Positions 13,940 through 26,735 of a stretch of 64,000 bases of DNA are shown piece after piece (position 1 is the stretch's first letter; every line of letters starts with the position of its first letter). The notes under the pieces are model-generated. The model did not search any database and was not told the DNA's origin. It saw nothing but the letters and a program-made list of their open reading frames with translations. Made by a program: the position numbers and the translations under genes. The DNA comes from Paragordius varius (lineage: Eukaryota; Animalia; Nematomorpha): contig OZ176056.1 in assembly GCA_964247055.1 (NCBI GenBank), positions 9,238,001-9,302,000 on the forward strand, written 5' to 3'.

Positions 13940-16500
13940 TTTATCAATCAAATAATTTTTTCAACAATCAAGTTATGTTGCCCAATAACTTTTTAGTGTT
14001 TTCAACAATCAAACATATATTTTTATCAATCAAATAATTTTTCCAACAATGAAAATATGTTGCCCAATAACTTTTTAGTGTTTCCAACAATCAAACATAT
14101 ATTTTTATCAATCAAATAATTTTTTCAACAATCAAGTTATGTTGCCCAATAACTTTTTAGTGTTTCCAACAATCAAACATATATTTTTATCAATCAAATA
14201 ATTTTTCCAACAATCAAAATATGTTGCCCAATAACTTTTTAGTGTTTTCAACAATCAAACATATATTTTTATCAATCAAATAATTTTTTCAACAATCAAG
14301 TTATGTTGCCCAATAACTTTTTAGTGTTTCCAACAATCAAACATATATTTTTATCAATCAAATAATTTTTCCAACAATCAAAATATGTTGCCTAATATCT
14401 TTTTAGTGTTTTCTACAATCAAACATATATTTTTATCAATGAAATAATTTTTCCAACAATCAAAATATGTTGCCCAATAACTTTTTAGTGTTTCCAACAA
14501 TCAAACATATATTTTTATCTATCAAATAATTTTTCCAACAATCAAAATATGTTGCCTAATAACTTTTTAGTGTTTTCAACAATCAAACATATATTTTTAT
14601 CAATCAAATAATTTTTCCAACAATCAAAATATGTTGCCCAATAACATTTTAGTGTTTCCAACAATCAAACATATATTTTTATCAATCAAATAATTTTTCC
14701 AACAATCAAAATATGTTGCCTAATAATTTTTAGTGTTTTCAACAATCAAACATATATTTTTATCAATCAAATAATTTTTCCAACAATCAAAATATGTTGC
14801 CCAATAACATTTTAGTGTTTTCAACTATTAAACATATATTTTTATCAATCAAATAATTTTTCCAACAATCAAAATATGTTGCCCAATAACATTTTAGTGT
14901 TTCCAACAATCAAACATATATTTTTATCAATCAAATAATTTTTCCAACAATCAAAATATGTTGCCCAATAACATTTTAGTGTTTCCAACAATCAAACATA
15001 TATTTTTATCAATCAAATAATTTTTTCAACAATCAAGTTATGTTGCCCAATAACTTTTTAGTGTTTTCAACAATCAAACATATATTTTTATCAATCAAAT
15101 AATTTTTCCAACAATGAAAATATGTTGCCCAATAACTTTTTAGTGTTTCCAACAATCAAACATATATTTTTATCAATCAAATAATTTTTCCAACAATCAA
15201 AATATGTTGCCCAATAACTTTTTAGTGTTTCCAACAATCAAACATATATTTTTATCAATCAAATAATTTTTTCAACAATCAAGTTATGTTGCCCAATAAC
15301 TTTTTAGTGTTTTCAACAATCAAACATATATTTTTATCAATCAAATAATTTTTCCAACAATGAAAATATGTTGCCCAATAACTTTTTAGTGTTTCCAACA
15401 ATCAAACATATATTTTTATCAATCAAATAATTTTTTCAACAATCAAGTTATGTTGCCCAATAACTTTTTAGTGTTTCCAACAATCAAACATATATTTTTA
15501 TCAATCAAATAATTTTTCCAACAATCAAAATATGTTGCCCAATAACTTTTTAGTGTTTTCAACAATCAAACATATATTTTTATCAATCAAATAATTTTTT
15601 CAACAATCAAGTTATGTTGCCCAATAACTTTTTAGTGTTTCCAACAATCAAACATATATTTTTATCAATCAAATAATTTTTCCAACAATCAAAATATGTT
15701 GCCTAATATCTTTTTAGTGTTTTCTACAATCAAACATATATTTTTATCAATGAAATAATTTTTCCAACAATCAAAATATGTTGCCCAATAACTTTTTAGT
15801 GTTTCCAACAATCAAACATATATTTTTATCTATCAAATAATTTTTCCAACAATCAAAATATGTTGCCTAATAACTTTTTAGTGTTTTCAACAATCAAACA
15901 TATATTTTTATCAATCAAATAATTTTTCCAACAATCAAAATATGTTGCCCAATAACATTTTAGTGTTTCCAACAATCAAACATATATTTTTATCAATCAA
16001 ATAATTTTTCCAACAATCAAAATATGTTGCCTAATAATTTTTAGTGTTTTCAACAATCAAACATATATTTTTATCAATCAAATAATTTTTCCAACAATCA
16101 AAATATGTTGCCCAATAACATTTTAGTGTTTTCAACTATTAAACATATATTTTTATCAATCAAATAATTTTTCCAACAATCAAAATATGTTGCCCAATAA
16201 CATTTTAGTGTTTCCAACAATCAAACATATATTTTTATCAATCAAATAATTTTTCCAACAATCAAAATATGTTGCCCAATAACATTTTAGTGTTTCCAAC
16301 AATCAAACATATATTTTTATCAATCAAATAATTTTTTCAACAATCAAGTTATGTTGCCCAATAACTTTTTAGTGTTTTCAACAATCAAACATATATTTTT
16401 ATCAATCAAATAATTTTTCCAACAATGAAAATATGTTGCCCAATAACTTTTTAGTGTTTTCAACAATCAAACATATATTTTTATCAATCAAATAATTTTT
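13940..16500. repeat. 16-monomer higher-order repeat (1,311 bp), two tandem copies
   Basis: CCTAATATCT (14391/15702) and ATCAATGAAAT (14441/15752) are offset by 1311. Boundaries are approximate. Confidence 0.85.
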
Positions 16501-19500
16501 CCAACAATCAAAATATGTTGCCCAATAACTTTTTAGTGTTTTCACACTATTAAACATATATTTTTATCAATCAAATAATTTTTCCAACAATCAAAATATG
16601 TTGCCCAATAACATTTTAGTGTTTTCAACTATTAAACATATATTTTTATCAATCAAATAATTTTTCCAACAATTAAAATATGTTGCCTTATAACATATTT
16701 TTGGGTTTCCAACAATCAAACATATATTTTTATCAATCAAATATCTTTTCCAATAATCAAAATATGTTGCCTAATAACTTTTTAGTGTTTTCAACAATCA
16801 AACATATATTTTTATCAATCAAATAATTTTTCCAACAATCAAAATATGTTGCCTTATAACTTTTTAGTGTTTCCAACAATCAAACATATTATCAATCAAA
16901 TAATTTTTCCAACAATCAAAATATGTTGCCTAATAACTTTTAGTGTTTCCAACAATCAAACATATATTTTTATCAATCAAATAATTTATCCAACAATCAA
17001 AATATGTTGCCTAATAACTTTTTAGTGTTTCCAAAAATCAAACATATATTTTTATCAATCAAATAATTTTTCCAATAATCAAAATATGTTGCCCAACTTT
17101 TTAGTGTTTTCAACAATCAAACATATATTTTTAACATTCAAATAATTTTTACAACAATCAAAATATGTTGCCCAACTTTTTAGTGTTTCCAACAATCAAA
17201 CATATTATCAATCAAATAATTTTTCCAACAATCAAAATATGTTGCCTAATAACTTTTTAGTGTTTTCAACAATCAAACATATATTTTTATCAATCAAATA
17301 ATTTTTCCAACAATCAAAATATGTTGCCTTATAACTTTTTAGTGTTTCCAACAATCAAACATATTATCAATCAAATAATTTTTCCAACAATCAAAATATG
17401 TTGCCTAATAACTTTTTAGTGTTTCCAACAATCAAACATATATTTTTATCAATCAAATAATTTATCCAACAATCAAAATATGTTGCCTAATAACTTTTTA
17501 GTGTTTCCAAAAATCAAACATATATTTTTATCAATCAAATAATTTTTCCAATAATCAAAATATGTTGCCCAACTTTTTAGTGTTTCCAACAATCAAACAT
17601 ATATTTTTAACATTCAAATAATTTTTCCAATAATCAAAATATGTTGCCCAACTTTTTAGTGTTTCCAACAATCAAACATATATTTTTATCATTCAAATAA
17701 TTTTTACAACAATCAAAATAAGTTGCCTAATAACTTTTTAGTGTTTCCAACAATCAAACATATATTTTAATCAATTAAATAATTTTTCCAACAATCAAAT
17801 ATGTTGATTAATAACTTTTTAGTGTTTCCAACAATCAAACATATATTTTTATCAATCAAATAATTTTAACAATCAAAATATGTTGCTTAATAACTTTTTA
17901 GTGTTTCCAACAATCAAACATATATTTTTATCAATCAAATAATTTTAACAATCAAAATAAGTTGCCTAATAACTTTTTAGTGTTTCCAACAATCAAACAT
18001 ATATTTTTATCAATCAAATAATTTTAACAATCAAAATATGTTGCTTAATAGCTTTTTAGTGTTTCCAACAATCAAACATATATTTTTATCATTCAAATAA
18101 TTTTTACAACAATCAAAATAAGTTGCCTAATAACTTTTTAGTGTTTCCAACAATCAAACATATATTTTTATCAATCAAATAATTTTAACAATCAAAATAT
18201 GTTGCTTAATAACTTTTTAGTGTTTCCAACAATCAAACATATATTTTTATCATTCAAATAATTTTTACAACAATCAAAATAAGTTGCCTAATAACTTTTT
18301 AGTGTTTCCAACAATCAAACATATATTTTTATCAATCAAATAATTTTAACAATCAAAATATGTTGCTTAATAGCTTTTTAGTGTTTCCAACAATCAAACA
18401 TATATTTTTATCATTGAAATAATTTTTACAACAATCAAAATATGTTGCCTAATAACTTTTTAGTGTTTCCAACAATCAAACATATATTTTTATCATTCAA
18501 ATAATTTTTACAACAATCAAAATAAGTTGCCTAATAACTTTTTAGTGTTTCCAACAATCAAACATATATTTTATCAATCAAATAATTTTAACAATCAAAA
18601 TATGTTGCTTAATAACTTTTTAGTGTTTCCAACAATCAAACATATATTTTTATCATTCAAATAATTTTTACAACAATCAAAATAAGTTGCCTAATAACTT
18701 TTTAGTGTTTCCAACAATCAAACATATATTTTTATCAATCAAATAATTTTAACAATCAAAATATGTTGCTTAATAGCTTTTTAGTGTTTCCAACAATCAA
18801 ACATATATTTTTATCATTCAAATAATTTTTACAACAATCAAAATAAGTTGCCTAATAACTTTTTAGTGTTTCCAACAATCAAACATATATTTTAATCAAT
18901 TAAATAATTTTTCCAACAATCAAATATGTTGATTAATAACTTTTTAGTGTTTCCAACAATCAAACATATATTTTTATCAATCAAATAATTTTAACAATCA
19001 AAATATGTTGCTTAATAACTTTTTAGTGTTTCCAACAATCAAACATATATTTTTATCAATCAAATAATTTTAACAATCAAAATATGTTGCTTAATAACTT
19101 TTTAGTGTTTCCAACAATCAAACATATATTTTTATCATTCAAATAATTTTTACAACAATCAAAATAAGTTGCCTAATAACTTTTTAGTGTTTCCAACAAT
19201 CAAACATATATTTTTATCAATCAAATAATTTTAACAATCAAAATATGTTGCTTAATAACTTTTTATTTTTCCAACAATGAAACATATATTTTTATCATTC
19301 AAATAATTTTTACAACAATCAAAATAAGTTGCCTAATAACTTTTTAGTGTTTCCAACAATCAAACATATATTTTAATCAATCAAATAATTTTTCCAACAA
19401 TCAAATATGTTGCTTAATAACTTTTTAGTGTTTCCAACAATCAAACATATATTTTTATCATTCAAATAATTTTTACAACAATCAAAATATGTTGCCTAAT

Positions 19501-22500
19501 AACTTTTTAGTGTTTCCAACAATCAAACATATATTTTTATCATTCAAATAATTTTTACAACAATCAAAATAAGTTGCCTAATAACTTTTTAGTGTTTCCA
19601 ACAATCAAACATATATTTTTATTTTTAACAATCAAAATATGTTGCTTAATAACTTTTTAGTGTTTCCAATAATCAAACATATATTTTTATCAATCAAATA
19701 ATTTTTCCAACAATCAAATATGTTGCGCAATAACTTTTTAGTGTTTCCATCAATCAAACATATATTTTTATCAATCAAATAATTTTAACAATCAAAATAT
19801 GTTGCTTAATAACTTTTTATTTTTCCAACAATGAAACATATATTTTTATCATTCAAATAATTTTTACAACAATCAAAATAAGTTGCCTAATAACTTTTTA
19901 GTGTTTCCAACAATCAAACATATATTTTAATCAATCAAATAATTTTTCCAACAATCAAATATGTTGCTTAATAACTTTTTAGTGTTTCCAACAATCAAAC
20001 ATATATTTTTATCATTCAAATAATTTTTACAACAATCAAAATATGTTGCCTAATAACTTTTTAGTGTTTCCAACAATCAAACATATATTTTTATCATTCA
20101 AATAATTTTTACAACAATCAAAATAAGTTGCCTAATAACTTTTTAGTGTTTCCAACAATCAAACATATATTTTTATTTTTAACAATCAAATATGTTGCTT
20201 AATAACTTTTTAGTGTTTCCAATAATCAAACATATATTTTTATCAATCAAATAATTTTTCCAACAATCAAAATATGTTGCCCAATAACTTTTTAGTGTTT
20301 CAACAATTAAACATATATTTTTATCAATCAAATAATTTTTCCAACAATCAAAATATGTTGCCTAATAACTTTTTAGTGTTTTCAACAATCAAACATATAT
20401 TTTTATCAATCAAATAATTTTTCCAACAATCAAAATATGTTGCCTAATAACTTTTTAGTGTTTTCAACAATAAAACATATATTTTTATCAATCAAATAAT
20501 TTTTCCAACAATCAAGTTATCTTGCCCAATAACTTTTTAGTGTTTCAACAATTAAACATATATTTTTATCAATCAAATAATTTTTCCAACAATCAAGTTA
20601 TCTTGCCCAATAACTTTTTAGTGTTTCAACAATTAAACATATATTTTTATCAATCAAATAATTTTTCCAACAATCAATAAATGTTGCCCAATAACTTTTT
20701 AGTGTTTCCAACAATCAAACATATATTTTTATCAATCAAATAATTTTTCCAACAATCAAAATATGTTGCCTAATAACTTTTTAGTGTTTTCAACAATAAA
20801 ACATATATTTTTATCAATCAAATAATTTTTCCAACAATCAAAATATGTTGCCTAATAACTTTTTAGTGTTTTCAACAATTAAACATATATTTTTATCAAT
20901 CAAATAATTTTTCCAACAATCAAAATATGTTGCCTAATAACTTTTTAGTGTTTTCAACAATTAAACATATATTTTTATCAATCAAATAATTTTTTCAACA
21001 ATCAAAATATGTTGCCTAATAATTTTTTAGTGTTTTCAACAATCAAACATATATTTTTATCAATCAAATAATTTTTACAACAATCAAAATAAGTTGCCTA
21101 ATAACTTTTTAGTGTTTCCAACAATCAAACATATATTTTTATCAATCAAATAATTTTAACAATCAAAATATGTTGCTTAATAACTTTTTAGTGTTTCCAA
21201 CAATCAAACATATATTTTTATCAATCAAATAATTTTTCCAACAATCAAAATATGTTGCCTAATAACTTTTTAGTGTTTTCAACAATAAAACATATATTTT
21301 ATCAATCAAATAATTTTTCCAACAATCAAAATATGTTGCCTAATAACTTTTTAGTGTTTTCAACAATTAAACATATATTTTTATCAATCAAATAATTTTT
21401 TCAACAATCAAAATATGTTGCCCAATAACTTTTTAGTGTTTTCAACAATCAAACATATATTTTTATCATTCAAATAATTTTTACAACAATCAAAATAAGT
21501 TGCCTAATAACTTTTTAGTGTTTAAAACAATCAAACATATATTTTTATCATTCAAATAATTTTTACAACAATCAAAATATGTTGCCTAATAACTTTTTAG
21601 TGTTTTCAACAATCAAACATATATTTTTATCAATCAAATAATTTTTACAACAATCAAAATAAGTTGCCTAATAACTTTTTAGTGTTTCCAACAATCAAAC
21701 ATATATTTTTATCAATCAAATAATTTTAACAATCAAAATATGTTGCTTAATAACTTTTTAGTGTTTCCAACAATCAAACATATATTTTTATCAATCAAAT
21801 AATTTTTCCAACAATCAAAATATGTTGCCTAATAACTTTTTAGTGTTTTCAACAATAAAACATATATTTTATCAATCAAATAATTTTTCCAATAATCAAA
21901 ATATGTTGCCTAATAATTTTTTAGTGTTTTCAACAATCAAACATATATTTTTATCAATCAAATAATTTTTCCAACAATCAAAATATGTTGCCCAATAACT
22001 TTTTAGTGTTTTCAACAATCAAACATATATTTTTATCATTCAAATAATTTTTACAACAATCAAAATAAGTTGCCTAATAACTTTTTAGTGTTTAAAACAA
22101 TCAAACATATATTTTTATCATTCAAATAATTTTTACAACAATCAAAATATGTTGCCTAATAACTTTTTAGTGTTTCCAACAATTAAACATATATTTTTAT
22201 CATTCAAATAATTTTTACAACAATCAAAATAAGTTGCCTAATAACTTTTTAGTGTTTCCAACAATCAAACATATATTTTTATCAATCAAATAATTTTAAC
22301 AATCAAAATATGTTGCTTAATAACTTTTTAGTGTTTCCAACAATCAAACATATATTTTTATCAATCAAATAATTTTAACAATCAAAATATGTTGCTTAAT
22401 AACTTTTTAGTGTTTCCAACAATCAAACATATATTGTTATCAATCAAATAATTTTAACAATCAAAATATGTTGCTTAATAGCTTTTTAGTGTTTCCAACA

Positions 22501-24527
22501 ATCAAACATATATTTTTATCATTCAAATAATTTTTACAACAATCAAAATAAGTTGCCTAATAACTTTTTAGTGTTTCCAACAATCAAACATATATTTTAA
22601 TCAATTAAATAATTTTTCCAACAATCAAATATGTTGCTTAATAACTTTTTAGTGTTTCCAACAATCAAACATATATTTTTATCAATCAAATAATTTTAAC
22701 AATCAAAATATGTTGCTTAATAAGTTTTTAGTGTTTCCAACAATCAAACATATATTTTTATCAATCAAATAATTTTAACAATCAAAATATGTTGCTTAAT
22801 AACTTTTTAGTGTTTCCAACAATCAAACATATATTTTTATCATTCAAATAATTTTTACAACAATCAAAATAAGTTGCCTAATAACTTTTTAGTGTTTCCA
22901 ACAATCAAACATATATTTTTATCAATCAAATAATTTTAACAATCAAAATATGTTGCTTAATAACTTTTTATTTTTCCAACAATCAAACATATATTTTTAT
23001 CATTCAAATAATTTTTCCAACAATAAATAAATGTTGCCCAATAACTTTTTAGTGTTTCCAATAATCAAACATATATTTTTATCATTCAAATAATTTTTCC
23101 AACAATCAATAAATGTTGCCCAATAACTTTTTAGTGTTTCCAACAATCAAACATATATTTTTATCAATCAAATAATTTTTCCAACAATCAAAATAAGTTG
23201 CCTAATATCTTTTTAGTGTTTCCAACAATCAAACATATATTTTAATCAATCAAATAATTTTTACAACAATCAAGTTATCTTGCCCAATAACTTTTTAGTG
23301 TTTCAACAATTAAACATATATTTTTATCAATCAAATAATTTTTCCAACAATCAAAATATGTTGCCTAATAACTTTTTAGTGTTTTCAACTATTAAACATA
23401 TATTTTTATCAATCAAATAATTTTTACAACAATCAAGTTATCTTGCCCAATAACTTTTTAGTGTTTCAACAATTAAACATATATTTTTATCAATCAAATA
23501 ATTTTTCCAACAATCAAAATATGTTGCCCAATAACATTTTAGTGTTTTCAACTATTAAACATATATTTTTATCAATCAAATAATTTTTCCAACAATCAAG
23601 TTATCTTGCCCAATAACTTTTTAGTGTTTCAACAATTAAACATATATTTTTATCAATCAAATAATTTTTCCAACAATCAATAAATGTTGCCCAATAACTT
23701 TTTAGTGTTTCCAACAATCAAACATATATTTTTATCAATCAAATAATTTTTCCAACAATCAAAATATGTTGCCTAATAACTTTTTAGTGTTTTCAACAAT
23801 AAAACATATATTTTTATCAATCAAATAATTTTTCCAACAATCAAAATATGTTGCCTAATAACTTTTTAGTGTTTTCAACAATTAAACATATATTTTTATC
23901 AATCAAATAATTTTTCCAACAATCAAAATATGTTGCCTAATAACTTTTTAGTGTTTTCAACAATTAAACATATATTTTTATCAATCAAATAATTTTTTCA
24001 ACAATCAAAATATGTTGCCTAATAATTTTTTAGTGTTTTCAACAATCAAACATATATTTTTATCAATCAAATAATTTTTACAACAATCAAAATAAGTTGC
24101 CTAATAACTTTTTAGTGTTTCCAACAATCAAACATATATTTTTATCAATCAAATAATTTTAACAATCAAAATATGTTGCTTAATAACTTTTTAGTGTTTC
24201 CAACAATCAAACATATATTTTTATCAATCAAATAATTTTTCCAACAATCAAAATATGTTGCCTAATAACTTTTTAGTGTTTTCAACAATAAAACATATAT
24301 TTTATCAATCAAATAATTTTTCCAACAATCAAAATATGTTGCCTAATAACTTTTTAGTGTTTTCAACAATTAAACATATATTTTTATCAATCAAATAATT
24401 TTTTCAACAATCAAAATATGTTGCCTAATAATTTTTTAGTGTTTTCAACAATCAAACATATATTTTTATCAATCAAATAATTTTAACAATCAAAATATGT
24501 TGCTTAATAATTTTTTAGTGTTTCCAA

Positions 24528-24530
24528 TAA
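24528..24530 (+). repeat. Target-site duplication TAA (left copy)
   Basis: TTTCCAA-TAA|CACTG at the left junction. The uninterrupted paralogous monomer at 27541-27600 has only one TAA at this position. Confidence 0.93.
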
Positions 24531-24899
24531 CACTGTGCAACAAATTTTATCCTTTTCTTTTAGACCAGAGTGAAAATTACGACATCTTATAGAGAATTTT
24601 TTTCTGAAAATAATGATATATTTAATATTTTCCTAGCACTTTTTCACGAGCCGCTAAAAGGTTTCAAAAATCCAAAAACCATCAAAAATGCCTGTTTTTG
24701 TAACCCTATAACTTTTTGAATTATATAGCTTATTATATTTTTTTGGGGGGATATTACAAATTATATTTTAAAATTCATGTAACATTTTAAAATTTTTAAA
24801 AGTCTCTACTACTTTTTGATTATTTGGAAAAAACGAAACTTAGCTCCAAAAAAATAGCGTTTCAAAACAATGAAAAATTAGGAGACATACTGGCATCAT
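24531..24899 (+). repeat. Left terminal inverted repeat of the host transposon (369 bp)
   Basis: Reverse complement of 26736-27089 at ~95% identity by eye (about 16 substitutions). Net indels: +11 bp after base 12, +5 bp near 24855, -1 bp near 24820. Similarity ends at GGCATCAT (24892-24899). Confidence 0.97.
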
Positions 24900-24986
24900 T
24901 TGATTGACAGCTTTTCATTATACATTACTAAAATAATAAAATTTAATTGCTTTTTTATAAATATGAAAAATAGTATATATATTTAA

Positions 24987-25550
24987 CACTTGGATACAAC
25001 ACACTCATTTTAGTCCTTCGATTCTTGGGGTAGTTGGATACCCCAGGCCTTTTTAAAAACTAATACTTTAAAAAGTATGGAAATATTCAAAACCATGGCA
25101 AAATTTTGCACTTATATAACATTTATAAATCGAAATATATAAAAAATTTTCAAAAATACTTGATATTACTTATTTTAAGCTAAATCCAAAGGTAAAAATT
25201 TCGTCAACGTGACATGTGTCAAATTGTAAAATTAAAAAATAATACAAAATACACCGCTTTTTCTATTTAATGTTAGATGTTTATATAAAATAAGCTTTAT
25301 TTTTACCTTTAAAATCAAATGAAGACGATATTTTGAAAAAATTTTGTAAAATAAAAATGGCGTCGAAGTATTTTGAGATGGAACTTTTTTTTCAAAACAA
25401 AATTTTATCAAGATATTTTGGCATATTTATATAATTTTTATCAAGATAGAAGCATAAATTTAAATTGGGACCGTTTCCTTCTGTATTTTTTAAAAATATT
25501 AATTTAAATTTAGTCTGGGGTATTTAGATACCCCAATTTGAATCGAAGTG
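24987..25550 (+). mobile_element. piggyBac-like MITE, copy 1 (564 bp)
   Basis: Flanked by TTAA at 24983-24986 and 25551-25554, with ends CACTT...AAGTG. The subterminal inverted repeat CGATTC..TTGGGGTA..ATACCCCAG is present at both ends. No ORF. TTAA targets are the hallmark of piggyBac (also Kolobok and Sola3, whose termini do not fit). Confidence 0.8.
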
Positions 25551-25554
25551 TTAA

Positions 25555-26080
25555 TGTTATAATAATAAATTTAATAAAATGATAATATTTTTAAATTTAT
25601 TAATGTTAATGGATAATAAACTCTTGTGTTTGAATTAATATTATAAGATTTTTAGTAATATTTCAATTATGTTATTATATATTTTTGTTATTATTTTAAA
25701 GTAAATTTATTTATAAACTACTAAGGTTTTAAAAAATTTAATACAGAAATGATTAAATATATAAATATATTAAAATATTTTTAATTAAGACACAATATAC
25801 GAATATATTTATTATGAAAGAAAAAAACAAATGAGTGCCTTTTTTGCTCTGTTAGTTCAACATTTCAGTTTATATTTATTTGCATGTTTATATTTTTATT
25901 TGTTGAAAAAAACTTTCGTATATTAAAAAACAAAATATCATGATTCATATAATCACGTACAATACATAATAAATAAATTTGCATGTTTAAAAGTATTTCT
26001 TATTTATAAATAATATATATCAAATTAATATTATATATTTATTATTTTATTAATTATACTATAAATATACTAATTTATTC
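25555..26080. other. Very AT-rich non-coding spacer between the two MITE copies (526 bp)
   Basis: Unique sequence, roughly 85% or more A+T by eye, with no ORF in the track and no similarity to the satellite or the TIRs. Confidence 0.8.
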
Positions 26081-26084
26081 TTAA

Positions 26085-26666
26085 CACTTGGATACAACAC
26101 ACTCATTTTAGTCCTTCGATTCAAATTGGGGTAGTTGGATACCCCAGGCCTGTTTAAAATCAAATACTTTAAAAAGTATGGAAGTATTCGAAACCATGGC
26201 AAAATTTTGCACTTATACAACATTAATAAACCGAAATATATAAAAAAATTTATTCAAAAATACTTGATATTACTTATTTTAAGTTAAAACCGAAAGGTAA
26301 AAATTTCGTCAACGTGACATGTGTCAAATTGTAAAATTAAAAAATAATACAGAATAAACCGCTTTTTATATTTCTATCAATGTTAGATGTAAATTATATA
26401 AAAAATTAGCTTTAGTTTTACCCTTAAAATTAAATAAAGACGATATTTTGGAAAAAATTTTTAAAATAAAAATGGCGTCGAAGTAGTTTGAGATGGAACT
26501 TTTTTTTCAAAACAAAATTTTATCAAGATATTTTGGCATATTTATATAATTTTTATCAGGACAGAAGCATAAATTTAAATTGGGACCGTCTCCTTCATTA
26601 TTTTTTTAAAAATTTCAATTTAAATTTAGTCTGGGGTATTTAGATACCCCAATTTGAATTGAAGTG
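26085..26666 (+). mobile_element. piggyBac-like MITE, copy 2 (582 bp), same orientation as copy 1
   Basis: Flanked by TTAA at 26081-26084 and 26667-26670. About 90-95% identical to copy 1 by eye (~28-30 substitutions plus small indels). Similarity stops exactly at the TTAA on both sides. Confidence 0.8.
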
Positions 26667-26735
26667 TTAAAATTAATATTTACATTTTTTAATTAAACAT
26701 GATATTTTTCCATTTTGTTATGTATAAAAAATGGT

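Larger units (their letters stand above)
1..24530. repeat. 82-bp satellite tandem array, left arm (~300 monomers; continues beyond window start)
   Basis: CCCAATAACT recurs at 1 and 83, and the period persists throughout. Monomers are mostly 79-82 bp with point variants and all lie in the same orientation. Confidence 0.99.

Noticed and set aside
19723-19730. C/EBP palindrome TTGCGCAA (also 27785, 28832, 43234) and CCAAT boxes in monomers
   Set aside because: These are single-base variants of the consensus among ~750 monomers, so they are expected by chance, and there is no promoter context.
24704-24717. Satellite derived from the transposon TIR (CCCTATAACTTTTT also in monomer variants at 8944 and 12360)
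   Set aside because: Only a 14-bp low-complexity match to a rare variant, which does not extend on either side, and the opposite TIR differs at this site.
25555-26080. Mitochondrial control-region insertion (NUMT)
   Set aside because: The AT content is similar, but no tRNA, rRNA or mitochondrial gene fragment is adjacent or recognisable.
24987-26666. LTR retroelement or TRIM (two direct repeats around an internal region)
   Set aside because: The repeats lack TG...CA ends, each has its own inverted ends and TTAA on both sides, and no PBS or polypurine tract is evident.
24900-26735. Transposase remnant or captured exon
   Set aside because: No ORF in the track, and the sequence is extremely AT-rich with dense stops; nothing was recognisable by eye. 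A BLASTx would be the definitive test.
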